A DNA stretch of 64,000 nucleotides from the human T2T-CHM13v2.0 reference genome, Homo sapiens. A program made the position numbers and the translations under genes. Below the pieces are notes generated by a model. It did no database searches. It had not been told where the DNA came from and saw only the letters and a program-made list of their open reading frames with translations. Below are positions 11,120 to 30,406 of the stretch, piece by piece (positions within the stretch are counted from its first letter, which is position 1; each line of letters begins with the position of its first letter). Where the stretch lies: NCBI RefSeq assembly GCF_009914755.1, contig NC_060931.1. One strand, given 5' to 3'.

Positions 11120-12481
11120 GCATAACACATAGTACGTGCCTGCAGGAGGCGATATAGGGAAATGCTTATGGATATGGGTTTCTAAGGTGTGAACCTCAGG
11201 CAAATTTTGTTTTCTTAAGCCTCATCTGTAAAATAGGAATGATAATAATGCTAACTTCTTAAAGTTGTCTAAGGATTAAATACAATTGTGAATGTAAAAG
11301 CAATTTGCATAGTGCCTGGCACATGGTAAACTCAAAAGACGAGCTTCTGGTCTCATTTTTTTCCTGTGAAGAGAAGGCATTGGGCTAAATTAGGGATGAC
11401 ACATCTTGACTTATTTGCTGCCACTTTCCTCCCGCCTTGTAGCAGACATCATTATGGCAGTCAAGGCTGCCTTTTCCGCTAAGTCCAAATAGAGCCTCAG
11501 AATCGTTCTCAACACTGCAAGAAGCTGCCACTGATAGGCCAAGATCAGCATGTAAGATAATGCTGAATTGCCATTCTGGGGCTAGATGAACTTTAAGATC
11601 CCTAATAGTGTCAGTCTTCTGATATGATTACAAGTGAGGAGGAACTATTGTTTATCACTTCATCAACTTCTTTTATGAAGGGGTGGCGGAGCAAGGCCCA
11701 GAAAGTTGCTAGTGTCTTGACCATAATCATACAGCCTATGAATGGTCAGAGGCTAAGTCTCCTCTTAAAGAGCCATCTTTTTGCCACATCTACTGCCTAT
11801 GGAAAGTGGGAAAAGCACTTGTCTAAAGCAGAGTTGCCACCCTCTCCACCCTGTACAGCCCTACTCATCTTCTTCCTCCTTCACTTTTATCTGAAAAATG
11901 AATCAAAGTATTTAGTTGCATATGAACACCTTGTAAGCATTCTTTTACAACTGTTAGTATAATTCTTGACAAGGATTGTTCAAAAATTCACCAATTCCTT
12001 TATTAAATATAGATTGCCTGCTTTGTGTAAGGGATCATTCTTAGCAAGCACTTTAAAGTGAATAAAAATGAATTAGTGAGTGTCCCTTCAGTGCTTTTGT
12101 AGTTTTCTATATTGGGCAGATCAGATGTGGACATAAATAACTACAACACAAGCTAAAAAATGGAAGATGTCCTAAGAGGTACCAAAAATGTGTTCAGAGC
12201 AGAGAGAAATTATTTTGGGAATTAGGAGCAGAGAGCCATTTCCTGCATGTCTTTGTTAACGTTTTTAACTTTTGAACAAAAATGTATTTATTACAGTAAA
12301 GTTATCCTTGTAGAGGAAGTTGCAACATTGTTAGTTTTCCTGGTTCAGATATATTTCCTGCTTAGTTTAAGTCAATACGATCAGTGCAACTAAAAGTCAC
12401 AGATTATTCTAATTCTAAATTGTTTTTCATCAGCTGTTTACAATTTCTGGGACATTCTAGAGGAAGATTGCTCACCTTTAG

Positions 12482-13466
12482 TTTCCTTTCTTTTCTTTTC
12501 TTTTTTTGTTTTTTTTTTTTTTGAGACAAGATCTCACTGTTGCCTAGGCTGGAGTGCCGTGGTGGTGTTCCCAGACCAAACTAAGTGTTGGGCTGCTATT
12601 TCTCGTGGCCCAATAATGAGATGCAGATGAACTGGGGAGGAAAAGAGTTTTTATTTTTGCAACTGGGTACGGGGAGAAGGCCTGGAGATCATCGCCAGAC
12701 CAACTCCAAATTACAAAGTTTTCCAGAGCTTATATACTTCCTAAGTTATATGTCTACATGTAAGTATGCATTCATCTAACACATAAGTAATTAACTTCTT
12801 TTAATCTGTAACTAAGGTCTGAGTCCTGAAGACCTTCCTCTGGAGCCTGAGTAAATTTACTTAATCTAAATGGGTCCAGGTGCTGGAATGATTACCCTTA
12901 TCTTGTCTCCTGCTAAAGCATGGAAGTTTGGGGAGTTCCTTCCAACCCCCCCAATAAGCTTGTTTGTGGAAGCCTGGGGAGTTTCTTCAGACCCACAATA
13001 AAACTTGTTTAATCCTAAATGAGTCCTGTTAAGAATTCCTTCATTATTTTGTCGTGCTTTAAGTCCCAGGAAAGGCCTAGGCAAAACTCTTGGTGGGCTT
13101 TTCTTACACCTCAGCCTTTGTATAAGGGCACTGGCTTTTAATATTTAAATTATCCACTCAGTCAGTACTGAAACAGTTGTTATGGAGGCCTGCATTAGTG
13201 AGACCTGGCTTGCCACAGTGTGATCTTGGTTTGTCACAACCTCTGACTCCTGGGTTCAAGTGATTCTCATGCCTCAGCCTCCCCAGTAGCTGGCACTATA
13301 GGCACACACCACCACTAACCACACCCGGCTAACTTTTGTATTTTTTGTAGAGATGGGGTTTCACCATGTTGCCCAGGCTAGTCTCAAACTCCAGGGCTCA
13401 AGTGATCTGCCCGCCTTGGCCTCCCAAAGAACTGGGATTACAGGCATGAGCCACTGCACCCAGGCC
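12482..13466 (-). mobile_element. AluJ-type element split by an LTR
   Basis: Poly-T and Alu 3' end at 12482-12565. Alu resumes in register at 13218 (gtgtgatcttgg...) and ends near 13466. Confidence 0.9.
12566..13217 (-). mobile_element. Solo ERV1 LTR (LTR15-like) inserted into the Alu
   Basis: TG...CA termini and degenerate 4-bp TSD gtgg/gtgt. Reverse strand begins tgtggcaagccaggtctcactaatgcaggcctccataacaactg. Family name from recall. Confidence 0.85.
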
Positions 13467-14375
13467 TCCTTTGGTTTCAACAGGCTAGCTTTCTCCCAAG
13501 CATTTGACAGAATCAGGTTTGTTAGCATGTTATACTGTGAAGCATAGGCTACTTGTAAAAAGGAATATAACATGGGCTTAGGGACACCAATGTCATACAC
13601 ATTATTAAACCATGAAACAATATTCCCTTCACGACTGAACTACCTCAGAATTTGCGGTGAGCATTTAATTATCCTTTAGTTTCTGTCTCTGTAGCACATA
13701 GACATACTATATTATTATCTGCTGTATATCCTAAGTGTAATAATAATAGCCCATGCGTTTTAAGCATTTATGTGCCAGGCATTGCCAAACTGGGCTGCCA
13801 ATTGCCATAGCTCCTGCCACCATTAGGAGGCCGCCTGTCAAATCAGAAAGATTTGGCAGAATTGCCAGAACCCTACTCCTTCTGTTACAAGCCACACCAG
13901 CAAAAAGTGTGCTTTGAATCCTGCTTCTTCCTTTATTACCTCTTTCCCGAATTCATGTCTTATGTAAGTGCATTGGGTTGGTACCTTCTAAACCACATCT
14001 GCAAATCTAACTGCGGGGGATTTGCAATGCAATTTTATCTCTCTGGCCTCTACACTATAGAAAAGCATATTAGAAGGAAATTGGGTTAGAAGTTGAGTGA
14101 TCCAAGCCACAGCATTCACCATATATTTTCCTCCAAATCTCCAACAAATATGTTGGCAGAAAAAGTCGTTATGTGTTATGCTTTCGAGTATGTTTCCTTT
14201 TTTATAGAGTAACCCAGAAGACCTTTGTGAATTCCCCTTCATTTCCCATCTCCATATCCACTAACATCACCACTGTAGTATAAACCACCATCGTTTCTTG
14301 CCTGGAAAATTGCAACAGACCAGGAGCCACCATTGCTCTTACTATAAGCCCTTCTCTACTCTGAAGCCAGAGTGA

Positions 14376-14681
14376 TTTTTTTTTTTTTTTTTTTGAAGCT
14401 GGGTCTCACTCCACCCCACAAACTGGAGTGAAGTGGCAGGCAGAATCATGGCTCACTGCAGCCTCAAACTCCTAGGCTTAAGCAATACTCATGCCTCAGC
14501 CTCCCGAGTAGCTGAGACTACAGGCACACACCACCATGCCTGTCTAATTTTTGCATTTTTTGCTAGAGATGGGGTTTCACCATGTTGCTTAGGCTGGTCT
14601 CAAAGTCCAGGGCTCAAGCTGTCAGCCCACGTGAGCCTCCCAAGATGCTGGGATTACAGACATGAGCCACCATACCTGGCC
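14376..14681 (-). mobile_element. AluJ
   Basis: Diverged full-length Alu with TSD cagagtgattttt on both sides. Confidence 0.92.
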
Positions 14682-15225
14682 CAGAGTGATTTTTTTTTAA
14701 CCCAAATCTGATCATGAACATCTTCCACAGTTTCCCATTGCTCTTAGGATAAAGACTAAACTACTTACATGGTTCTCAACGTTCCACGTGGTCTGACATC
14801 TAACCAGCTTCATCCTGTGTCAAGTTCCCCCTTCTTCCTTTCCCTTTCTCCACATTGATCTGCTTCCAGGACTTTGTTCCTTCCAGGCATGGGGCATTGG
14901 GACAAACTTGCCCCACTCTCTGCTGGAATATGCTGTTCCTTTCTCTTCATTTAGTTAACGCAGACTTCCTTCAGACCTCCTTCAGTCATCTGTTCCTCTG
15001 GGAAGTCCTCCTTGACGTTCACAGTCAGGTCAACTCAGCCTATCATTGCTCTGGTTGAAACTAAGTTGTGTGTTTTTTTGGAGGGGTGTGGAGGAGTTGT
15101 TTGTTTTGGTAGAACCTATCACAGTTGAAATTATGTTTATTTTTTGTGATTTTTCTGATTAATTTCTGTCTTCTAGCTGGATTGTAGGCTCCACAACGTG
15201 AAGATCATGTATATTTTTAGTCTCC

Positions 15226-15642
15226 TGCCAACCTAAATAACAAACAGAGAGGCTCTCTAAAAGAAAATGATATTTATTCATGGATAGGGCATTCCAGTGG
15301 GAGTATGTGTGCCATAGTCACCTATGTGTGTATTCAGGGAGGTAAAGGCTTTTAAGGGAAAAGTGAAGAGCATTACATTAATTGTTTCTGAGATAATTAT
15401 CCTTGGCTTCAAGGATCAATAACAAAGGTGGTGCCAGTTTGAGGTTGGACAGGCAGTTGCTGGGTAGACACCCTTGCAGAGGTATTTTTTTGTGCAAGGT
15501 TGTGGTTTCTGCAGAGTCTTTGGGGACAGTTCTGGGTATCAGGCATACAAGCCTGGGAACTCTCCCTTCATGGCTTTCCCCACCTCTATTTGTCAGAGTT
15601 TTTAACACAAATGACTCCATTTTGATTCTGACAACTTTCACA
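15226..15642 (-). mobile_element. Solo ERV1 LTR (LTR37-like) inserted in an L2
   Basis: TG...CA termini, TSD ctcc/ctct. Reverse strand begins tgtgaaagttgtcagaatcaaaatggagtca. L2 3' end continues on both sides. Confidence 0.75.
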
Positions 15643-16176
15643 CTCTCAGTGCCTGTCTCAATACCTAGCACCTAGTAAGCATTCAAATATTCGTTGAATG
15701 AATAAACAGAATCCCAAAGAATAAACTTGAATGGTGGCTGGAGCTGGGGAGATGGGAGGTGGATGCCCATTCCAGGCCCAGTGAGCAGAGATGTTATTAG
15801 AGTTAATGTGCTAGTGTTCAGGTCACAGAGATAATTTTGTAGCAACTTGACAACGGAAAGATGCTGCCTCCTTTAAAGTTGCTATTTTGCCAAGGTCATA
15901 AGTTAACTGATTTTTATTTTATCCCTTTCCTTTTCAATATATTTCCTTATTCCTTAAAATGTCCACATCAACTCTGCCAAATGTATCAAAAGAAATGGCA
16001 GAAGTGGGCTTAGTTTGGCTGCCTCCATCCTGCCATAGCCGGGTTCACATAGACCTTTCCCTATTTACAGAAATGGAAACTAGGAATCCTCCATGTCTGT
16101 GTATAGTGTTACCTTTACTTGAAGTAAATTCTTCACCTTTGTGTTAGCCTCTTCTTAACTCCACAACACTGTGGAG

Positions 16177-16450
16177 TGTGATAGTCCAGTTGCTGTGGAT
16201 CAGTAGGGAATTGTATGTAAGAGTCATTTCACGATAATTCTTGAGAGTATTTCACAAAGGTGAAAATTGTGTTTTCGCATTATGTTGTGGTATCTCATGT
16301 GACTTAAGATGCCTCATATTATATTTATTATATATTTATTTGGGTGCCCATTTTATATTTCTTTCTAAATTATAAGCTCTTTTTCTTATTCTTCTTGGGT
16401 GTCCTCCTTTCACATAGCACATAAAAGACATTCCGTATATTGCTGGTTAA
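16177..16450. repeat. Patchwork templated insertion with 14-bp flanking duplication
   Basis: acaacactgtggag at 16163-16176 and 16451-16464. 16174-16222 is the reverse complement of 16552-16600. 16277-16454 copies 18451-18667. Confidence 0.9.
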
Positions 16451-16937
16451 ACAACACTGTGGAGATATGAAAAAGGCTAGCACAAAGGTGAAAAACTTTT
16501 TTCAACCTGTGGTTTCATCAAAAGAAAGTGCCCTGTTCCCTGATGCTTATTTCTTACACGCAATTCCCTACTGATCCACAGCAATTGGAATATCACACTC
16601 AGATGAAATTGGTACTTCAGGGAAGAAACTGTGACTATCTTGCTCTTGTTCTTACAGACTGTTAAGATAATAAACTGAATTCCTGTAACCAAAAATAAAC
16701 TTGTCTATGAAGAGTATATGCTTAGAATGAGACATATCAATACCTATATAATCCTTTTTTTTTTTTTCCTTCCTCAAGGTGAGTGCAACTTGCTAGGACT
16801 ATGAGATGGGGAAGAAAGTCTGATGATTCCAAAAGAATGATCTTTCAGTGTTTGCTTTACCCCAGTATTTCTTGCAAAAGAAACTGTGTACAAAATAACA
16901 TCAAAACAATAGCAAAAACAAAAAACAATAGAAGTTA

Positions 16938-17118
16938 GACAAGCGTGGTGGCACACACCTGTAGTCCCAGCTACTTGGGAGTCTGAGGTAGGAGGATCAC
17001 TTGAGCCTAGAAGCTCAAGGCTATAGTGGGCTATGATCATGTCTATGAAAAGCCACTGCACACAAGCCTGGGCAATATAACAAGACCCTGTCTCTAAAAT
17101 AATATTAATAATAATAGT
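16938..17118 (+). mobile_element. FRAM / Alu right-arm monomer
   Basis: Right-arm-only Alu with TSD aatagaagtta at 16927-16937 and 17119-17129. Confidence 0.88.
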
Positions 17119-18450
17119 AATAGAAGTTAAAGAAAATGAATAAAATTGCCTATAATGCTACCTACAAAAAAGCTATTTTTATTGTTCAATGTTTCCTTCT
17201 AATATTTTTTCATGTAGTTGTATTTTTAGAGTAAATACACACTTAAGTTATATTTCTGATTTGATATTATATACGTTTTCCTAATTGTTATTTCATGATT
17301 ATCAATACAATATTATATATTCATTCAAATGATCATCATGAAGACTACAAAAAGCCCTGAAAAATATGTATAATATCAATTTAACTTGTACCATAACAGA
17401 AATAACTGAAGTTTGAATACAAAAAAGACTAGGTTTAAGTACTATTTTTTCAATTTAGTAGTTCTTTCATCTTAGGCAAGTAATTTAACCTTTCTCAATT
17501 TTTGCCTCTTCATTTTAAAAATGAAATTCCTAATAGCTGCCTCACAGTTTATTACAGGGATTGAAAGCAATAACATGATCAGCTGAGGTAGGTCCTTAAG
17601 GAAAGGAAGATACTTATAAAAATTTATTTTTTAGTAATTTCACTTTTAATAAACCTCCCTTTCACAAAGAAATCTAATTGATCTCTCTTTTAATCATGTT
17701 ACAGTGAAGTATCTATTTGCCCACTAGTTCCTTCTTAGGGAAATTTCTAGAGTGGAGTTACTGGGTTAAAAGATGTGCCATGAATATGGCTCTGAAAATT
17801 GCTCTCCTCGAGCCTGTGCTAGCTGGTGTTGCTGTGGCGATGTTGGAGCCTGTTGCTCTCACCCCATCCTCTCCCACATTATAGAGCCACATTTCTAAAG
17901 GAAGTGGACAATAAGTATACATTGAACCAATAAGAGTCAGAAATACTGCTTGTTTATCCAGTAAGCTGAACCATGTATTCCTTGAATAGGATGGTACCTG
18001 GGCAACCTCTTCCCAACTAACAGAAATGGAAAATCATAATAGCTCCGTAGGATGAAGGAGTCTGAGCTCTGGGAGGCTGAACATTCTTCGCTGCATTGAC
18101 CATTTGTGTTTAGCTGAAGGCTAGCTAGCGTGTGCTTGAACCACAAGCAACTGTCACTTTAAGGAGCTTGAACCCCGGGGAGTACCTCACGTGGGTACTC
18201 TTCTTACTGGGGGAAGCAGACCAAAAAGACCTCAACTTTACAAGTTCTGTCCTGATCACCACTCCCAGAGACTCAATCTGTCATGGTGGGCATTCGCTTG
18301 TCAGTGACTGCTCTAAGCATGAATGGGCTTATGCCCCAATTCTGGACAGCAAGACAGGAAGGTAGCTCTGCTCAGGGATTTGGAATCACTTGTGTCCTGA
18401 ATAACATGAACTCAGAACAATGTTGGTATGAAACAACTTACATAACACCA

Positions 18451-18667
18451 GCATTATGTTGTAGTGTCTCATGTGACTTCAGATGCCTCATATGATATTT
18501 ATTATATATTTATTTGGGTAAACAATTGTATATTTATTTATATTTGGGCATATAAATGTGGGAATTTATATTCCCTTCTGAATTGTAAGCTCTTTTTCTT
18601 ATTCTTCTTGGATGTCCTCCATTCACATAGCACATAAAAGACGTTCCATAAACTGTTGGTTAAACAA
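18451..18667 (+). repeat. Donor of 16277-16454 (degenerate L2 3' end)
   Basis: gcattatgttgt...gatgcctcata...aagctctttttcttattcttcttgg...cacatagcacataaaagac...ggttaaacaa shared with 16277-16454. Confidence 0.9.
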
Positions 18668-18703
18668 ATGCGTAAATACATTTTGTTCAAAAACTACAAT
18701 CTA

Positions 18704-18848
18704 GGCCAGGTGCAGTGGCTCACACCTGTGATCCCAGCACTTTGGAAGGCCAAAGCAGGAGGACTGCTTGAGCCCAGGAGTTTCAGATTAGCCTAGGCAA
18801 CATAGCAAGAGCCTCTTCTCTATGAAACAACAAAAATAACAACAAAAC
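18704..18848 (+). mobile_element. FLAM (Alu left monomer)
   Basis: Left-arm-only Alu with TSD actacaatcta at 18693-18703 and 18849-18859. Confidence 0.9.
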
Positions 18849-18894
18849 ACTACAATCTAAATTCACTTAACAAGGTAGTGGAATTATATTTTAA

Positions 18895-19866
18895 TTGTCT
18901 GCTAGGATACTTTAGCTCCAAATAAGAGAAATTCAATTAAAGATCACTTAAAAAAGATGTATTATCACACAGCAAGAAGTCTGGAGATATGGTGACTTCA
19001 GCCTGGGTTCATTCAGTGGTTCAAACATGTCAGCAAAAGACTCAGGTTCTTTCTGTATCTCTGCTTTGCCAAGTTTACCATGAGGATTTTCTCCTCAGTC
19101 TGGATGTACATAGCAGTTATCAATATCATGTCAGGAAATATTCATGTCCAGAGGCAGAAAAGAATACACCTTCCTTGAGCACATTCTATAAGTACAAAAA
19201 CCTCTCCTAGAAGCCCCCAGCTGAATTACCTTTGTGTATCATTGGTCAGAATTGGGGCCCATGCCCATTCATACTTAAAGCAGACATTAGGCAAGACAAA
19301 ATTTCTGCCATGACTGATTTAGACCATAGGGTTCATACCTGAAAAACAAAACAAAAAACTGGAGTTCAATTCGTAAATGTAGAAGGAAGGCAGGTGTGCA
19401 GCATAAACCACACAGTTTGCACAGACAGTTCAGGCCACTCTTATGAGTTAAGGAATTTTGAGAACCTTCCCTACATCTAGGTTCCCAGAGGCCAGTCAGG
19501 GGCCAGCCTTGCAAGCAGGCCTTTCTAAGGAAGCAGTCTTAGGCCTGCCATTCATTTTTTCTGCACATTTCTACATTCGAAGTGTGGCTTGTCCACAAGC
19601 CAAGCCCCTTGAGCCCCATTGAAGAAGGAAAGAACTTCATTGTTTCCTTCTCAAGAGCAGGCTGAGCAAGTGCATTTTCAAGTATTTCTTTACGGTCTTG
19701 GCTGTGTATTCATGGCAAGACCCACATGGCTTCTTTTAGGAAATGAAATGACGTTTCGTTAGGAAATGCATGTTAGACTGAGGGAGCTGGTGTGGAAACC
19801 TTTCTAGGGCTGCTCAAAGGGTGCTAAACCATGTCAGTGAGACCTCAACCCACTGTGACTGATACA
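18895..19866 (-). mobile_element. Old MLT1 (MaLR) LTR interrupted at 19381-19845
   Basis: cattggtcagaattggg...gccatgactgatttagacca...aaacaaaaaactggagttc. The MLT1-like terminus caacccactgtgactgataca appears to resume after 19845. Confidence 0.55.
19381..19845 (+). repeat. Local duplication of 32023-32482 (MER21 end plus unique flank)
   Basis: Colinear and diverged. Shared non-LTR blocks include cttggctgtgtattcatggcaagacccaca and gactgagggagctggtgtggaaacctttctagggctgctcaaa. Confidence 0.92.
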
Positions 19867-20807
19867 GCAAGGGAGAAATGGGAAATAGATCTCACGAATG
19901 CAGCCAAGAGTGTTGCTATATCTCCTTTTAATCCTAAATAGAAAGTAAAACGTGTGGGAAGACAGAGGTGTCAAAGCAGTCCTTCCTGCCCTTTCCAACT
20001 CTCTAATTCCCATGTGTGACATTCCTGCCCTTCCCTCACATAAGCTTAGAACATTTGTTCTGAATCTTCCCTTCTCCTGCGGGTCTCTTCCCATTTTCTA
20101 TCAATTTTTCATACAAGGTGGCTGCCAGGTACGTTGCTTCTTCTTCATATGGCCAGTCGCCTCTCCAGGACAATCCCCCAACCTCTGTACAAATATCCAT
20201 TCTGGTCCTCCTACTTCCACTCACATCTCACATCTACTGGGCTCAGAAGTTCCAGGGTGCTCTTCTTCATTTATCATTTTCGTCACATAATTCTACTGCT
20301 TGAGATATGGCACTCAAAGTCCCTTAGAACATGAGCTAATCTTCATGCCGCCTCTTCAAACTAAAAGCTTATTACTTTTAAAAAGGCATTTGACTCTCTG
20401 TAAGGCCTTATTTATTTCCCCTGTCTAATGCTAGGTTTTGATGGAAATCCGTCAAGATGGTATCATACTTATCCCTGCCTTTTTACCTCCCAAAAATGCT
20501 GACCATAGTTGAAATTTTAACCTTTCACATATAATTCAGGGTCACTATTTCTTACATTAATTATTAAAGTAAGATAATGATGACTTCAAGAATTGAGATG
20601 TTTAAAGTCATTTGTCCTACCACAAACCAACTTCTGATACTTTGAGTGCTTACGTATTACGAAAATAATAAAGATTTATTGAGCCTTTCCCATGTTCTGG
20701 GCACAATTCTAAGTGCTTAAGCCTCATTTAATCCTAACAATTTCATGAGCTAATTACCATTACCAACTCGGTTTTAGAGATGAGAAAACTGAGGTGGAAA
20801 AGTTAGG

Positions 20808-21588
<781 letters not shown>

Positions 21589-21624
21589 TAATTTTTAAAA
21601 TTTTACCTTAATTATGATTCATTT

Positions 21625-22040
21625 TTCTTTTGTAAAATTGTAGATTTAGGAGGTATATGTGCAGGCTTATTACACGGATACATCACATGGAGATATGGTG
21701 AGGTCTGGGCTTCTAGCATACCCATCACCCAAATAGTGAACTTTGGGTTCACCATTACCCAACAGGTAAGTTTTCAACCCTTGTCCCCTTGCCACCCTCT
21801 CGCCTTTTGGAGTCCCCAGTGTCTGTTATATCCATCTTTATATCCACGTGTACTCATTGTTTAGCTCCCATGCGTAAGTGAGGACATGCGGTATTTGATT
21901 TTCTGTTTCTGAGTTTGTTCACTTAGGAAAATGGCCTCCAGCTTCATCCATGTTGCTGCAAAATACATGATTTCATTCTTTTCTTATGGCAGCTTTGTAT
22001 TCTGTGACGTATATGTACCACATTTTCTTTATCCAATTAT
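21625..22040 (-). mobile_element. L1PB/L1MA 3' end fragment
   Basis: tgtttagctccca...aagtgaggacatgcggtatttgattttctgtttctgag...catccatgttgctgcaaa. Confidence 0.8.
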
Positions 22041-23434
22041 TTAATTGATTAAAAGTCATAAGAAAGGGAGAAAGGATTCAACATTAAAAATGCTGCCAAG
22101 AGAATTAGTTCATAAGTGAAAGGACGTTATTTTCTCAAGGAAGGCACTGATGTCCACTGACAGCAGTTTTAGTGGAGGCTGAAGTCAGATTTTTTTTTCC
22201 CATAAAATAAGAATAAATGTACTCTAGGTGAGGACCAAAGCAGCAACGCTTTTGAGGAAAGCATATGAACTTTTTGACATTCTTTCTGACTGTTAAGAAG
22301 TATTTTGTGTTTAATTTCCACACAAGATTTTATTTGTTGTCCTAAAAATACATGAAAATATTGAAAATAAGTAAAAGTTTACAACTAGCAGCTTTATTAT
22401 GTACTCTTGCACAATAAGGATTTCCTAAAATTTCATTAGATTACGGCTGTTCTCTGGAAATTGTGATTAAAAGAATGTCCAACATCATTTTTAAAATATA
22501 GCAAAATTCTGCATTCAACTATGTATGAAAACAAATTCTGTCATCTAATAAAATATTAATACACATTTTCCCAAACAGGAAATTATCTTCCAGAATTGTA
22601 AAAATGTGTGTTTTTAAGGAGCCAGAAATGACAGAAAATTAGAGTTAGGAAGCAAAGATATATAAGAAGCACCTATTATAAATATGTTCGATTTTCTAAA
22701 TATGTTACAATAATAAATCATGAACAAAATTAGAAAAAATGGAAATAAAGTAAGCAAAAAGTTTTCAGTAGATTAAAGAAAAGAAATATTTGTGGATTGG
22801 ATTCAGTTCAATTTTTAAATGGCATTCTTTGGAAAACAATGTTAATCAACTGACTTGGTATTTCTATTATTTTTTAATTTATAGTTTCAGTTTTAAATAT
22901 TGCAGAACATGTTAATGATTGGTTTTTAAAATTTTTGTATTTGGTTTCTTAAATTGTAACATCTTATCTGTGTATTTTCATCTAGTTATTTTCTTATACA
23001 TTTTGAGAAAACTTTATAAACTTGACCTTCACATTTTCATTTGATTTATTTTACTCTCAATCCTGTTTTCTCTATTAAGTACTTTAATGCTTTTTTTGTT
23101 TATTATCATATATTCATCTCATTTGTGTCATTATACATTTTACCTGGCTACATTTTAGCTCAGTTGTTAATGCCTTAAAATTGTTTAACTTTATTGAATT
23201 TATACTTTCTTACTTTGAACTGCTGAAGAGTTTTCAAATAATATATTCTGACCCATAATTTAATAATTAAATAATTTTATGAGGTGTCTTCTTACTCTGT
23301 CTTCAGAAAGATGTTTCTCTTTTTAGTTTTTTGCTTTTGTTTATATTTTCAATTTTCTGTTTTGTTTAATTGGCCCTTATATTGGTTGCTGTCTCATTTT
23401 TTTAATAAGAAATCATGCTTACATATGAATTTCA

Positions 23435-23780
23435 TGTTTTCATCTTATTTATATAAATGTCTGAGATACAGATGTAATTTTGTTACATAGATATATTGTG
23501 TAGTGGTAAAGTCAGGGCTTTTAGGGCATCTATCATCAGAACAAAGTACAATTGTACCGATTAAGTAATTGCTCATCCTCCACTTAAGTCCCACGCCTCA
23601 CCTTTCTGAGTCTACACTGTCTATCATTCCACACTCTATGTTCTTGTGTACACGTTATTAAGCTTCCACTTATAGGTGAGAACCTGTGGTATTTTTTTTC
23701 TGTTTCTGAGTTGTTTCACTTAAGATAATGGCCTCCAGTTTCATCTGTGCTGCCTTAAAAAGACATGATTTCATTCTCTG
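23435..23780 (-). mobile_element. L1MA 3' end fragment
   Basis: gtaattttgttacatagatatattgtgtagtggtaaagtcagggcttttag...tcacttaagataatggcctccagtt. Confidence 0.75.
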
Positions 23781-24241
23781 AGAAATGAATTGTCAAATAA
23801 GAATTGAATTTCCTTTGGCTCTATTCTCTTTTTAATTGGGTTCTATGATGCACTTCAATAAACTAAAAACACAAGCTAACAGAAGAGGGGCAAGTCTAAA
23901 ACCTAATAAAGTGCTTTTCTCAAATGTGACTGTGTAGGACCTAATGGGATCTCTCCTTATCTATTAAACCCCACCCAGCCCCTGAACGTCTACTTGAGAG
24001 TGTCTTCTCTGCTTCTACAATGTTTAGATTCCAAACGTATTTATCAATCTAAAATTACACAATTATCAGTAATTGCAAATCTTCCCGTAGAGTTCATGCA
24101 TTTAAGTCACTTGTATAGATTTCCTCTTATCTATACCATTTTATAAACTGAAAGTTCTTAAGTATAAGATATCTCATACCTTGAAAAATAGGGTAAAAGT
24201 AGAATTTTAATATCCAAAATGCAAGGCTTCCAAATAATACC

Positions 24242-30406
<6,165 letters not shown>

